A stretch of DNA of 64,000 nt from a virus. Taxonomy: Duplodnaviria; Caudoviricetes. The stretch lies in the IMG/VR virus record IMGVR_UViG_3300037219_000017, positions 702 through 64,701 of that record. One strand, written 5' to 3'. Below the pieces are notes generated by a model that saw only the letters and a list, made by a program, of their open reading frames with translations, had not been told where the DNA came from and ran no database searches. Both the position numbers and the translations under genes were made by a program. Positions 1-9,330 of this stretch are shown here, piece by piece (the stretch's first letter is position 1; each line of letters begins with the position of its first letter).

Positions 1-924
1 CCGACACTGGATGCTCCCGACTACAAGGGCTTTCTGATCCCCACGAAGGGGCCAACAGGAGAGCCCATCAGCGTGTTCACTCGATCGCCGGAGTTCCCGA
101 GCGACGCGTATCTGGCAGAGTTCCCGAGGGGCATTTACTTCATCGATGAGCTTTCATCGGCGGAGCATCTCACCCAAAAGGCGCTGGCATCTGTGATTCT
201 AGAGAAGCAGTTCGGGAATCACAAACTGCCCAAGGACTGGCAGATCTACATAGCAAGCAACCGCGCACAGGACAGAGCTGGGGCGTTGCGTATGCTCAGC
301 CACATCAGAAACCGAATCAGGGAGATCCCGATGGAGAACGACGCCCTGTCGTGGGCAGTCTGGGCCGAGAAGAACGGCATCCATCCGCTCATCATCGCGT
401 GGGCGAAGTCCAATCCGACGACCGCGTTCGTTGACGAAGTACCCAACACCGATCGGCCGTTCAGTTCGGCGCGCTCTGTGGTACGTGCGGCGCATCTGCT
501 GCAAGTCGGGCTCGCGCGGGATGAGGACGGCAAGTTGATCGACATGGAGCTGCCGAGCGACGTGCTGATTCAGCAAGCCATCTACGGCGACATTGGCGAA
601 GGCGCCGGTGCCAATCTGTTCGGATACCTGAAGGTGTGGGACAAGCTGCCCACGTTGGATGAGATCATTGCAGATCCGAAGACGGCGAAGTGTCCGCAGG
701 AACTCAGCGCTGGCTGGGCTGCTGGCCAGATGTGCATTCACTTTGCGAAGGGCGACAACATCGACCCGCTGTGGACCTACACCGAGCGCTTACCGCGTGA
801 GGTTCAGGTGTCAATGGCGAAGTCGCTGCTGGAGCGCAGCGGTTCATCGCTGCTCAACTCACCGTCCCTCATCAAGTGGATTCACAAGAACAAGGCGTTG
901 ATCACGTCGAGCACAGGTCGATGA
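1..924 (+). CDS. MoxR-like AAA+ ATPase (5'-partial)
   Basis: Frame is open from base 1. Walker B IYFIDELSSA, sensor-1 IASNRAQD, arginine-finger region HIRNR, sensor-2-like SARS. Walker A lies outside the window. A VWA protein gene follows downstream. Confidence 0.85.
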   Translation, partial: PTLDAPDYKGFLIPTKGPTGEPISVFTRSPEFPSDAYLAEFPRGIYFIDELSSAEHLTQKALASVILEKQFGNHKLPKDWQIYIASNRAQDRAGALRMLSHIRNRIREIPMENDALSWAVWAEKNGIHPLIIAWAKSNPTTAFVDEVPNTDRPFSSARSVVRAAHLLQVGLARDEDGKLIDMELPSDVLIQQAIYGDIGEGAGANLFGYLKVWDKLPTLDEIIADPKTAKCPQELSAGWAAGQMCIHFAKGDNIDPLWTYTERLPREVQVSMAKSLLERSGSSLLNSPSLIKWIHKNKALITSSTGR

Positions 925-1082
925 AGGCGCCGGTTCTGTACAAGAAAGCTGTAGGGCGGATGTTCCTATTCGCCTTGCGGCATGATTGCCCGCAGCTAGC
1001 AGCGACGATCTTGTTACTGCTAGGTCTGCGGATTGTGTCTATTACGAAGGAGAGAAATGACAGACTCAAATCAGCTCAATGA
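921..1082 (+). CDS. small hypothetical protein with hydrophobic segment
   Basis: ATGA overlap with the AAA stop; LAATILLLLGLRIV segment. Confidence 0.45.
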   Translation: MKAPVLYKKAVGRMFLFALRHDCPQLAATILLLLGLRIVSITKERNDRLKSAQ

Positions 1083-1953
1083 CGCTCTAGCTGCGAACTA
1101 CATGGTGGTCGATCTGACTCTCAAGAGCTGGACCGGCAACATTACAGATCGCGAAGCGTCGTCCGAAGTTATCACGTCCAAGGGAGCAGCCCAGGACAGC
1201 GGTAAGTTCGTGAAGTACCTCTTTGCGTCGGCCGACGGCGAATTGCAAGCAGTGCGCGCCTCAGCCCGCGTGATCGGGAGTTACGTGAAGCAGGAAACAT
1301 CGCCGTGGCAGGGGAGCTATAGGCTCCTAGCTGCAACTAAAGCGATCGACTTTCTGACTAAGCTCAACGGCTTCAAGCAGGACTACGACAACACAGTAGC
1401 CGCGTTGGCGAACGTCTGGGACGTTCGTGTGGCGCAAGCCATCCACAATCTCGGCGGCCTCGCCGACGCGAACGACTATCCCGATGCTGCAGAAGTGCGG
1501 GCGTTGTTCGGGATGACCATCGACCTCTTGCCGGTGCCATCTGAAAAGGACTTCTCGCGTATCAACCTACCGGCCAACGTCGTCACGGCGCTGGGCCAGC
1601 GGCACGCGAGCGCGCTGGAGAAGCAGATGCAGACAGTGCACGACGACATGAAGAAGAATCTGCTGGAGGGTATTCAGCGCATGGCGAAGCAGCTCGGCAT
1701 GCGGGGAGCGGGTGAGAAGACGCGCCTGCATGACACGATGGTGAGCAATCTGCAAGCGCAGGTCGCCATGTTGCGGACCATGAACGCATCGGGCAGTCCC
1801 GAGCTGGCAGCCCTTGCCGACAAGATCGAGCAGCAGTTGCTCGCTACGCCGATGGAGGCGTTCCGCAACTCGCCCGCTAAGGCCGCAGAGGTGGCCGAGG
1901 CAGCGAAGAACCTGGCCATCGAGGCCGCCTTGGAGGACGTATGGCAGCTGTAA
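1057..1953 (+). CDS. conserved phage protein (DUF3150-like, helical)
   Basis: AGGAG RBS before ATG 1057; VVDLTLKSWTG...DSGKFVKYLF pattern resembles proteins found beside phage AAA/VWA pairs. Confidence 0.6.
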   Translation: MTDSNQLNDALAANYMVVDLTLKSWTGNITDREASSEVITSKGAAQDSGKFVKYLFASADGELQAVRASARVIGSYVKQETSPWQGSYRLLAATKAIDFLTKLNGFKQDYDNTVAALANVWDVRVAQAIHNLGGLADANDYPDAAEVRALFGMTIDLLPVPSEKDFSRINLPANVVTALGQRHASALEKQMQTVHDDMKKNLLEGIQRMAKQLGMRGAGEKTRLHDTMVSNLQAQVAMLRTMNASGSPELAALADKIEQQLLATPMEAFRNSPAKAAEVAEAAKNLAIEAALEDVWQL

Positions 1954-2150
1954 AATGGAACGGCCCCGTGGACGGTCTAACCGCAGAAGAGCTACACAAC
2001 ATCGTGGCGGCAATCGCCTTTTACATCGAGGAATTCGAAGAAGGTGAGGACATGCGCGAGATGGAAGACCTCCAAGCGAAGATACAGCAAGAGCTGTACT
2101 TGCGCCGCGGAGTGGCTCTGCGTCACGCCGAGCAGGAGAAGCAGAAGTGA
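1941..2150 (+). CDS. hypothetical protein
   Basis: GGAGG RBS; overlap-coupled to both neighbours. Confidence 0.55.
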   Translation: MAAVKWNGPVDGLTAEELHNIVAAIAFYIEEFEEGEDMREMEDLQAKIQQELYLRRGVALRHAEQEKQK

Positions 2151-2455
2151 GGCGCGCAGGCGCATGGCGAGCCTCGCAGGTCAAGGAAGACTTCTGCGTG
2201 ATCGCCGCATCGTATGGTCCCACGAGCAAGGAAGAAGTGACTACGTACACCGTCCGCGGTGTGGTTGTCAGTCCCGTGCACGTGGCTCAAATTATTGACA
2301 GGCAGGGTCGCGCATATGGCTGGTACGTATTCCCGACCGGCGCTGTGCAGCTCGTCAATGAAGGCAATGTCAGGGAGCGGAGGAGTGGGAGGGTGAATGG
2401 CGTACAAATCCAAGGCAAAGAGACTGATATACCGAAACAAGTGGCGCCGCAGTGA
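2147..2455 (+). CDS. hypothetical protein
   Basis: GTGA coupling; its 3' end is overlapped by the EndoVII gene. Confidence 0.45.
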   Translation: MRRAGAWRASQVKEDFCVIAASYGPTSKEEVTTYTVRGVVVSPVHVAQIIDRQGRAYGWYVFPTGAVQLVNEGNVRERRSGRVNGVQIQGKETDIPKQVAPQ

Positions 2456-2858
2456 AAGGGGGCGCGCTTCGGAGCGAGCCTCCCGGAGGCGAGCAATGGC
2501 CGACCCGGTCCGTCACGCGAGAATAAAAGCCGGCGCGCGGCGCACTTACTACCGCATGGTAAAGAACCCCACGTATCGGAAAATAGTGGCGGCTCGAACA
2601 GCTACATTTTACCGCGTTCACCGCGACAAAATACTGCGGCGGCAGCGGCTACGCAAAGGAGTGCCGGACGAAACGAGGCCGCGACCGGAACTGTGCGAAC
2701 TCGACTGTAAACGAAAAGCAAAAGTCCGCGACCACGACCACGGAACAGGGCGGTTCCGTGCGTGGTTGTGTCAGCCGTGCAATGCAGGCTTAGGTATGTT
2801 CAAAGACGATCCCGAGTTGCTCGAAAGGGCAGCAGTTCATATTAGGAGGCATAAATGA
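2397..2858 (+). CDS. endonuclease VII-like (His-Me) free-standing endonuclease #1
   Basis: GVPDETRPRPELCELDC...DHDHGTGRFRAWLCQPCNAGLG; Arg-rich N-terminus. Confidence 0.88.
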   Translation: MAYKSKAKRLIYRNKWRRSERGRASERASRRRAMADPVRHARIKAGARRTYYRMVKNPTYRKIVAARTATFYRVHRDKILRRQRLRKGVPDETRPRPELCELDCKRKAKVRDHDHGTGRFRAWLCQPCNAGLGMFKDDPELLERAAVHIRRHK

Positions 2859-4045
2859 CTCAACAGACAAAACGACACCCCGCTTTGACCGAGGCTATTT
2901 CCGCATTACTCGTAAGACACCCCTTCTTCGCGAGCTTGCTGCTGGATCTAACTGATATTGTCGAAGCAACTCAGCTGCCTAATAGCAGTCAGCTGAACAC
3001 GTGCGCGACGAACGGCAAGACCATCTGGGTGAACCCGGAGAACTTCGCTAAGTACACTATCGATGAACGCATCGGTATGCTCGTGCACGAAATCGACCAC
3101 ATCATTTTCCAGCACATGTCTCGTGCACAGGCGTATCAGCAGCTCGGGGTAGGACCCGACTTGGAGACCTTCTCGCATAAGAAGTTCAACCATGCTTGCG
3201 ATTACATCATCAATGCACACCTGACTAGTCAAGGATTCAAGCTCCCGCTGGGCAGTCTCCAGAATTCACAGGTCACAGCCGACGACATCGCCGACGAGGT
3301 GTACCTGAAGCTCCCCAAGGACGAGGAGAACAAGCCGGATGGTCCGGACCAGCACGTGCCAGACGATCAGCAGGTCAGCACGGACAAGCCAACCATGCAG
3401 GCAGCGCTGAAGAAAGCCCAAGAGATGGCGAAGATGCAGGGCAAGGGCGCTGGCGGCATGGAGCGGTTTATAGATGACTTCTGCACACCGAAGATCAGCT
3501 GGCAGGAGCATCTGCGCAAGGCGCTGATGGCCAACACGCGGGGGCGGGATGTCTACACATGGCAGCGGCCGAACCGGCGCAAGCTGGCAATCGCTCCGCA
3601 CGTGTACATGCCTGGTCGAGCCGGGCTCCAAGGACCGGAGATCGCGGTCGAGATCGACACGTCGGGGTCGATTGGCGAGAAGGAACTCAAGACGTTCCTC
3701 GGGGAACTCTCTGGCATCATGGATGAGATCCAACCAAGAAAAATTCACGTAGCCTACGTCGATGACGCGCTCCACGGAGACATCATCGAGTTGGAAGACT
3801 CCAATGAGCTGACCGAGCTAGGCAAGAAGGCCGGAGGCGGTGGCGGAACTGATATGACGGTGATCTTCAGAGAGATCGAGGACCGTCAGTTGCCAATCGA
3901 ATCAGTCGTCGTTTTTAGCGACGGTTACACTCCGTTCGGGGAGGACGTAGGAATCCCGACAGTGTGGGCGCTTACAACGCCGGGTATAGTAGCTCCATGG
4001 GGAACTACTGTGCATGTCCCATTGGGAGATCAAGAGGAGAGTTGA
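2855..4045 (+). CDS. HExxH metallopeptidase + VWA domain protein (DUF2201-like)
   Basis: HEIDH, NHACDYIIN, MIDAS DTSGS, GGGGTD, FSDG. Confidence 0.88.
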   Translation: MTQQTKRHPALTEAISALLVRHPFFASLLLDLTDIVEATQLPNSSQLNTCATNGKTIWVNPENFAKYTIDERIGMLVHEIDHIIFQHMSRAQAYQQLGVGPDLETFSHKKFNHACDYIINAHLTSQGFKLPLGSLQNSQVTADDIADEVYLKLPKDEENKPDGPDQHVPDDQQVSTDKPTMQAALKKAQEMAKMQGKGAGGMERFIDDFCTPKISWQEHLRKALMANTRGRDVYTWQRPNRRKLAIAPHVYMPGRAGLQGPEIAVEIDTSGSIGEKELKTFLGELSGIMDEIQPRKIHVAYVDDALHGDIIELEDSNELTELGKKAGGGGGTDMTVIFREIEDRQLPIESVVVFSDGYTPFGEDVGIPTVWALTTPGIVAPWGTTVHVPLGDQEES

Positions 4046-4046
4046 T

Positions 4047-4394
4047 ATGGACTTTAATCTAATTTTACCAGGAGCGCTAATCATCGGGCTCGGCGCTGCG
4101 GCGTCGCACGTCCTATCTAACAGACGCATGGCGCGGCTACAGAAGCACGCGTTCGCTATGCACATACAGGGCATGAGCACCATGGCGAACATGTGTATCG
4201 AGATCCAATGCGTCAACTACGGAGCGCGGATTGAGGACGCGAAGATGGTCTTCGAGACTACGATGGCCGAGTGCGGCATGCCCATCGTCGCGGTCGATAG
4301 GCCGATCAGCGCCGCAGCCCGCGCATACCTCGAAGGAAAGCGCGCAATGTTCTTAGCCAAGGAGAAAGCGGATGTCGACACGAAATCGTCTTAA
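4047..4394 (+). CDS. hypothetical protein, N-terminal membrane anchor
   Basis: GAGGAG RBS; hydrophobic LILPGALIIGLGAAA. Confidence 0.55.
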   Translation: MDFNLILPGALIIGLGAAASHVLSNRRMARLQKHAFAMHIQGMSTMANMCIEIQCVNYGARIEDAKMVFETTMAECGMPIVAVDRPISAAARAYLEGKRAMFLAKEKADVDTKSS

Positions 4395-5127
4395 CCCAAA
4401 GGAAGCAGCTGGGCTAGCTTGTGGGCTCTACGGAGTGCTGCGCAACACCATTGACTATCTGGACATTCCACTGACAGATGAACAGATGGTCGACGTGTGG
4501 GAAGTCAGCTTCCCGACGGAAATAAAGAACGCATACCTGACGCTCCACGCATCAGGCTACTCAATGAATATTCATTGCAGGCAGGTGCGGTTCTACGTCC
4601 CCGATCTGAAAATGGACGTTAGTTTCTACCAAAGAAATCGACAGGAGTGTTTCTTGAGGCCGCCAACGTCGGGACCGTGGCTGCTACACGTACCGACACA
4701 GCGCGGCACGTCAATACGCCACATGCCGCTGATAGATTTCAAGAACGCGCTCGTGAAAGACACCTACGCCGAGTTTTTGGTCTGGTGCAGCGCCGCGGCG
4801 AAGTGCGACGAGAGACAGACTGAAGCCCGCGGCGTCATAGATGACATCATCAAGATGTTGTCGACAGCAGGGCAGCTCAGGCGTATGGTCCCCGAGCTGG
4901 TGCAGTATCTGCCAGAGAGCCATCGGAGGGCCATTGCAGATCAGCTGCGCGCGAGCCCGTTCCCCGTTGAGTGGGCGGCGTATCCGAAGGACAAGGTTGA
5001 CCGGCTGCTCGCCGCGCTGGCAGAGGGCCACCTGTTTAACGGCATGGGCAAGCGCGACACCGATAACATGTGCGGCGGGGAGAGTTGGGCGAGGTACTCC
5101 ATCAGAAAAGAGGGAAAGCATGATTGA
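4372..5127 (+). CDS. hypothetical protein
   Basis: 251-aa ORF, AGGAG RBS, coupled to the polymerase gene. Confidence 0.65.
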   Translation: MSTRNRLNPKEAAGLACGLYGVLRNTIDYLDIPLTDEQMVDVWEVSFPTEIKNAYLTLHASGYSMNIHCRQVRFYVPDLKMDVSFYQRNRQECFLRPPTSGPWLLHVPTQRGTSIRHMPLIDFKNALVKDTYAEFLVWCSAAAKCDERQTEARGVIDDIIKMLSTAGQLRRMVPELVQYLPESHRRAIADQLRASPFPVEWAAYPKDKVDRLLAALAEGHLFNGMGKRDTDNMCGGESWARYSIRKEGKHD

Positions 5128-6988
5128 TATCCCGATTGATTTTGAAACTTTCTGGGACAAGGACTACCAGCTGCAAAAGATGACTACGGCTGAGTACGTC
5201 CTAGATCCGCGCTTCGAGATCATCGGTGTCGCTTTGCGCACCCCCGACGGCGTTGACCACTGGGTTTCTGGGGACGCTGATCACGTCCGCAGCGAGTTAC
5301 TCCGGCTCGTTCCCGACTGGTCCGCCGTCCGGGTGGTGGCGCATAATGCGCGCTTCGAGGCTTCGATCCTGGAGTGGCGCTTGAACATCAAACCGGGAGC
5401 GTACTTCTGCACGATGGTAGGGTCGCGCCCCCACATCCTTCCGTACACGCGGAGCGTTTCTCTTGATGCCGTTGCCCGCCACCTCGGCTGTGGCACGAAG
5501 GGCGACTATGTTCACAAGGTCCAAGGCAAGCACCGCGCGGACTTCACCGCCGCGGAGTTAACTGATTATGGTGAATACTGTAAAAACGACGAAAAAATTA
5601 CGGCGCGAATTTCGACTTACCTTTCTCGAATTTTGCCAGCCGATGAGCAAGATTATCTGGACCTGACCATAAAGAAATTCGTAAGACCGAAGCTCAGGCT
5701 CGACCGCGCAGCCCTCAGCGCCCGCTTAACACAAATCGAGACGACCAAGGCGACCCTCGCCACGCTGATTCAGACGCGCTACAAAGCGACGCTGAAAGAC
5801 ATCAGGTCAAGGCCCAAGTTCGCCGCGCTGTTGGCAGCGCAGGGCGTAACGGCACCCATGAAGGCGAATAAGAAGGGCACCGGTACGACCTATGCCTTCG
5901 CCAAGGATGACCTCGCGTTCAAGGAGCTGCTCACGCATCCGAATCAGTCGGTCAGGGAGCTGGTCGCGGCCAAGAATGCCATGTCCTCAACCATGGAGGA
6001 GGGCCGTGTCAAGAGACTGATCACGCTGCACGATATCAAGGATGGCTGGCTGCCGATCCCTGTCGTGTACTACGGCTGCCATCCTGGGCGCCTGAGTGGT
6101 GACGATGAGATCAACATGCAGAACCTGCCTCGGGTAGAGACCAAGAACGGAGTCAAGAAGGGGCACCTGCGCTACGCGGTCATCGCCCCGGCGGGGTACA
6201 GCGTGCTCGCCGCAGACTTCAGCAACATCGAAGCCCGCATAGTGGCGACGCTGGCGGGCGAGGCAGAGCTTCGCGAGGGCTTTCGCAGCGGTGCGGATAT
6301 CTATTCATCGTTCGCATCCAAGATCTACGGGCGCGAGATCAACAAGAAGGACGACCCCAACGAGAGGTTCGTCGGCAAGGGCTGCATCCTCGGGCTGGGC
6401 TATGGCATGGGCTGGAAGAAATTCCAACTCAAGATGGCACAGGAGGGAATCATGTTCACTGACGATCAGGCGAAGGACATAGTGTACCTGTATCGCTGTA
6501 CCTATCCCGGTGTCCCGGCGCTCTGGAGGCACCTTGAGTACATGGCGTCGACCTACATGCTCACGCCAGACGTACCGCACCCAAGCGAGATGGCGAACCT
6601 GATCTTCGCGAACGAGCGAATCATCCTGCCCAATGGCATGCCGCTGATGTATCCGGGGCTGCGGCACGACGGCGACGGATACAAATTTGACAGCCGGTTT
6701 GCTGGGGTTGAAGTGCCTAACTTTATTTGGGGCGGGACGTGGCTGGAGAACATATCGCAAGCCCTCGCCCGTATCATCGCCGTCAGGGCTGAGCTGCGGC
6801 TGGCACGAAGGGGATTGATAGCAGCCCATCAGGTACACGACGAGTTGATCTGGGTGGTCCCGACAGCCATCGTGGATAGAGTGAAGCCAGTAGTTGCTCT
6901 CAGCATGTGCGAAGCAGTAGACTTCCTCCCTGCTTTGCCAATAGCAATCGAGATCAAGCATGGACCCACATATGGCGATGCCAAGTGA
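5120..6988 (+). CDS. DNA polymerase family A (3'-5' exonuclease + polymerase), Leu762 type
   Basis: ExoI DFET, ExoII HNARFE, ExoIII YCKND, motif A DFSNIEAR, motif B RFVGKGCILGLGYG, motif C VHDE; likely start MIDIPIDFET at 5120. Confidence 0.95.
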   Translation: MIDIPIDFETFWDKDYQLQKMTTAEYVLDPRFEIIGVALRTPDGVDHWVSGDADHVRSELLRLVPDWSAVRVVAHNARFEASILEWRLNIKPGAYFCTMVGSRPHILPYTRSVSLDAVARHLGCGTKGDYVHKVQGKHRADFTAAELTDYGEYCKNDEKITARISTYLSRILPADEQDYLDLTIKKFVRPKLRLDRAALSARLTQIETTKATLATLIQTRYKATLKDIRSRPKFAALLAAQGVTAPMKANKKGTGTTYAFAKDDLAFKELLTHPNQSVRELVAAKNAMSSTMEEGRVKRLITLHDIKDGWLPIPVVYYGCHPGRLSGDDEINMQNLPRVETKNGVKKGHLRYAVIAPAGYSVLAADFSNIEARIVATLAGEAELREGFRSGADIYSSFASKIYGREINKKDDPNERFVGKGCILGLGYGMGWKKFQLKMAQEGIMFTDDQAKDIVYLYRCTYPGVPALWRHLEYMASTYMLTPDVPHPSEMANLIFANERIILPNGMPLMYPGLRHDGDGYKFDSRFAGVEVPNFIWGGTWLENISQALARIIAVRAELRLARRGLIAAHQVHDELIWVVPTAIVDRVKPVVALSMCEAVDFLPALPIAIEIKHGPTYGDAK

Positions 6989-7196
6989 GACCGAGCGACA
7001 ACACGAATGCGTTTGCTGTCGCGGTCCGGGTATTATCCCTGCAAAGAGAGCAGATATAGAAGCGTTGTTAGGCTATAAAGTTAGCGTAGACTACTCCACC
7101 AACGTATATCTGCCTGGCGGTTGGTGGACGTGGCGCCCGCTCTGGCACTGGGTCCGCTGGGTCGCGCAAGACAGCCCGTCCGGCAAGAGATTGTGA
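6975..7196 (+). CDS. hypothetical protein
   Basis: Fills the gap with overlaps at both ends; Trp-rich. Confidence 0.4.
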   Translation, partial: AMPSETERQHECVCCRGPGIIPAKRADIEALLGYKVSVDYSTNVYLPGGWWTWRPLWHWVRWVAQDSPSGKRL

Positions 7197-7504
7197 CTGC
7201 TAATCACTGTGATCTATTACCCGGAGGCGACGCATATGCGCAGCTGTGGATGGCGATCCTGCGACAGGCGCTGGACGACGCGACATACCACCGTCACTCC
7301 AAAACTGGCTCGTCGGAGGCCGTTGCCAACCGCGCAGACGCACGCAAGTGGTTACGCGCAGAGATTACAAGCGTTGGCTCTATGCAATGGATCTGCGATT
7401 TGATAGGCATCCCCGCCGAGCGGGTGCGATCAGAGTTTGAAGAGAGGCTGCTCGGCAACACAGGCAAGCGACGACGCGGGCCTTATCCAAGGAAACGTAC
7501 ATGA
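7193..7504 (+). CDS. conserved hypothetical protein
   Basis: GTGA coupling; LWMAILRQALDD...ARKW...SMQWICDLIGI pattern common in phages. Confidence 0.6.
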   Translation: MTANHCDLLPGGDAYAQLWMAILRQALDDATYHRHSKTGSSEAVANRADARKWLRAEITSVGSMQWICDLIGIPAERVRSEFEERLLGNTGKRRRGPYPRKRT

Positions 7505-8055
7505 GTTACATTACACAGAACGGCACGTTACAGGCGGCCACTGCATATTACGACCCGCGCCTGCGCGCCGACAAGTCGGCTATTATCATCAGCCCCGACA
7601 ATCCCGAAGGAGATATGAAGCTGACTGTCGTGCCGGAGATCTACTTGCTCGACGCACCGCCCGTGCCCGTAGAGCCCGAACCGATGTACATCAACGCAGA
7701 GTGCGAACCTGCCCCCAAACCAATACCCGAGCCCTGCGCCCGCTTCGTGGCGCGTGGCGTGCTCCTGGTGCCGCGCGACATGGAGAAACTCCGCGGCAGC
7801 TTACGACGCATCCCATTCAAGTGCGGCAAGCCAGTGTCGTGTCGTATCGTAGTAGAGTTCTCCGTCAAAGGTTCGCTGAACATGGAGCTATGGAAAAAGC
7901 TGAAGATCCCCCCGCCATGGCACAAGGCGCCGCGCAATCAATGGAAGAACACCATCCACTACCCCGTGCGGCTGTACTGCTATCAGCCCGCCGAGCTGTC
8001 CAAGGAGCAGGTCGAGTTCTTGCAAGCGCAGATAGCCCTGATGGAGATTGCATGA
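7501..8055 (+). CDS. hypothetical protein
   Basis: ATGA coupling at both ends. Confidence 0.6.
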   Translation: MSYITQNGTLQAATAYYDPRLRADKSAIIISPDNPEGDMKLTVVPEIYLLDAPPVPVEPEPMYINAECEPAPKPIPEPCARFVARGVLLVPRDMEKLRGSLRRIPFKCGKPVSCRIVVEFSVKGSLNMELWKKLKIPPPWHKAPRNQWKNTIHYPVRLYCYQPAELSKEQVEFLQAQIALMEIA

Positions 8056-8315
8056 TTGAACGATGGCTTCCCATTGCGGGGTTCGGAGGACGCTATGAAG
8101 TGTCAGACCGCGGCCGTGTCCGCAGCTGGTACACAAACCCATGCCCGGAGGGAATGGAGTGTCTGCACGGCCCCGACTATTCTCCCGGGAACAACGCTCT
8201 CACTAACCTTCGCTGGGGTACGCGCAAGCAGAACGTGGCGGAGATGTACGCGGCACAGCCTGAGCTACGTGCGAGACAACAAGCCACTAGGAGAATAAGA
8301 TGGCACCACCTGTAG
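8052..8315 (+). pseudogene. NUMOD4-HNH endonuclease with probable in-frame internal deletion
   Basis: NUMOD4 ERWLPIAGFGGRYEVSDRGRVRS joined directly to HNH PEGMECLH...NNALTNLRWGT...N; the usual intervening segment with VHRLV is missing. Confidence 0.7.
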
Positions 8316-8962
8316 CCTGGAGCTATAGCCGACTGACCAGCTATGAGACGTGCCCTCGGAAGCACTGGCATCTTAATGTTAAAAAGGATTTGAAAGAAGA
8401 ACCTTCCCAAGCAATGATTGATGGGAACTTAATCCACAAAGCCTTTGAACTGCGCATCCGGGATGGGAAGTTACTGCCCATTCACCTGCGCGTGCACGAG
8501 CCCGTGCTCGCGAAAATAATTGCTGCGCCGGGTGAGAAAATAGTGGAACAACAGATCGCGTTAAGCGTAGGATGGGAACCTGTTGAATGGTTTGCCAAGG
8601 ACGCTTGGCTACGGATTAAATCTGACCTCACTCAATACGCTGGATCTTACGGCGTAGTATGGGATTGGAAAAGTGGTAGGCCGCACGATGACTTCACACA
8701 GCTCAATCTCAATGCCGCGGTGCTCTTACAACTTGCGCCTGAAATTGAAGCAGTTACTCCAGCATACTACTGGACGAAGGCCCGACACGTGGCGCCAGGA
8801 CCTAGAGTCACTCGCGATCAAGTTGCGGAGATCTGGGGACCTATCCTGGAACGGGTGGGACGCTATCAAGCGGCTCACGATGCACAAGACTTTCCGCCCC
8901 GCGAAAACTTCTTTTGTAAAAATTGCCCGGTAAAGTCATGCCAATATTGGAAGCCCAAATGA
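8300..8962 (+). CDS. PD-(D/E)XK (Cas4/RecB-like) exonuclease
   Basis: WSYSRL..YETCPRK, DWKSG, C-terminal CKNCP...C. Confidence 0.85.
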   Translation: MAPPVAWSYSRLTSYETCPRKHWHLNVKKDLKEEPSQAMIDGNLIHKAFELRIRDGKLLPIHLRVHEPVLAKIIAAPGEKIVEQQIALSVGWEPVEWFAKDAWLRIKSDLTQYAGSYGVVWDWKSGRPHDDFTQLNLNAAVLLQLAPEIEAVTPAYYWTKARHVAPGPRVTRDQVAEIWGPILERVGRYQAAHDAQDFPPRENFFCKNCPVKSCQYWKPK

Positions 8963-9330
8963 TTCCGAAGTGGAAGCGAGAGGACAGAACAAAGCGCCTC
9001 GCGGGTAAGCGTCGCTTCTATCGCCGCCATCGCAAGCAGATCCTTGCGAAAGGAGCGGCGTATCGTGAAGCCACTAGGGCAGACTATAACGAGCGCGCGC
9101 GGAATAACCAGCACCGGCGGCTTGGAGTGAAGCCGACGCGACCACGCCCGGAGGTCTGCGAGATTTGCTACCGCGCCCCTCGAAAGAAAGCGCTGGCAGC
9201 GGACCACGACCACACGACAAAGAAGTTTCGCGGATGGATCTGTGACCAATGCAACATCGCTCTTGGCATGGTAGGCGATAGCGTTACGATCCTGCAATCT
9301 TTGATCGACTACGTGAAGAGGCATCAATGA
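8959..9330 (+). CDS. endonuclease VII-like endonuclease #2
   Basis: GVKPTRPRPEVCEIC...DHDHTTKKFRGWICDQCN; ATGA overlaps at both ends. Confidence 0.88.
   Translation: MIPKWKREDRTKRLAGKRRFYRRHRKQILAKGAAYREATRADYNERARNNQHRRLGVKPTRPRPEVCEICYRAPRKKALAADHDHTTKKFRGWICDQCNIALGMVGDSVTILQSLIDYVKRHQ

Noticed and set aside
2340-2372. Antisense ORF 2123-2440 contains IAFIDELHSA, resembling the AAA Walker B IYFIDELSSA
   Set aside because: Match is only about 23 nt with mismatches and has no flanking similarity; the + strand is coding. Likely chance.
4841-5119. 93-aa N-terminal extension of the polymerase in the ORF track
   Set aside because: Overlaps the 4372-5127 gene; the RBS and ExoI motif point to ATG 5120
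7437-8051. 292-aa ORF as a long HNH fusion
   Set aside because: The upstream part is an alternative frame of 7501-8055; only the portion from ATG 8052 has NUMOD4/HNH motifs
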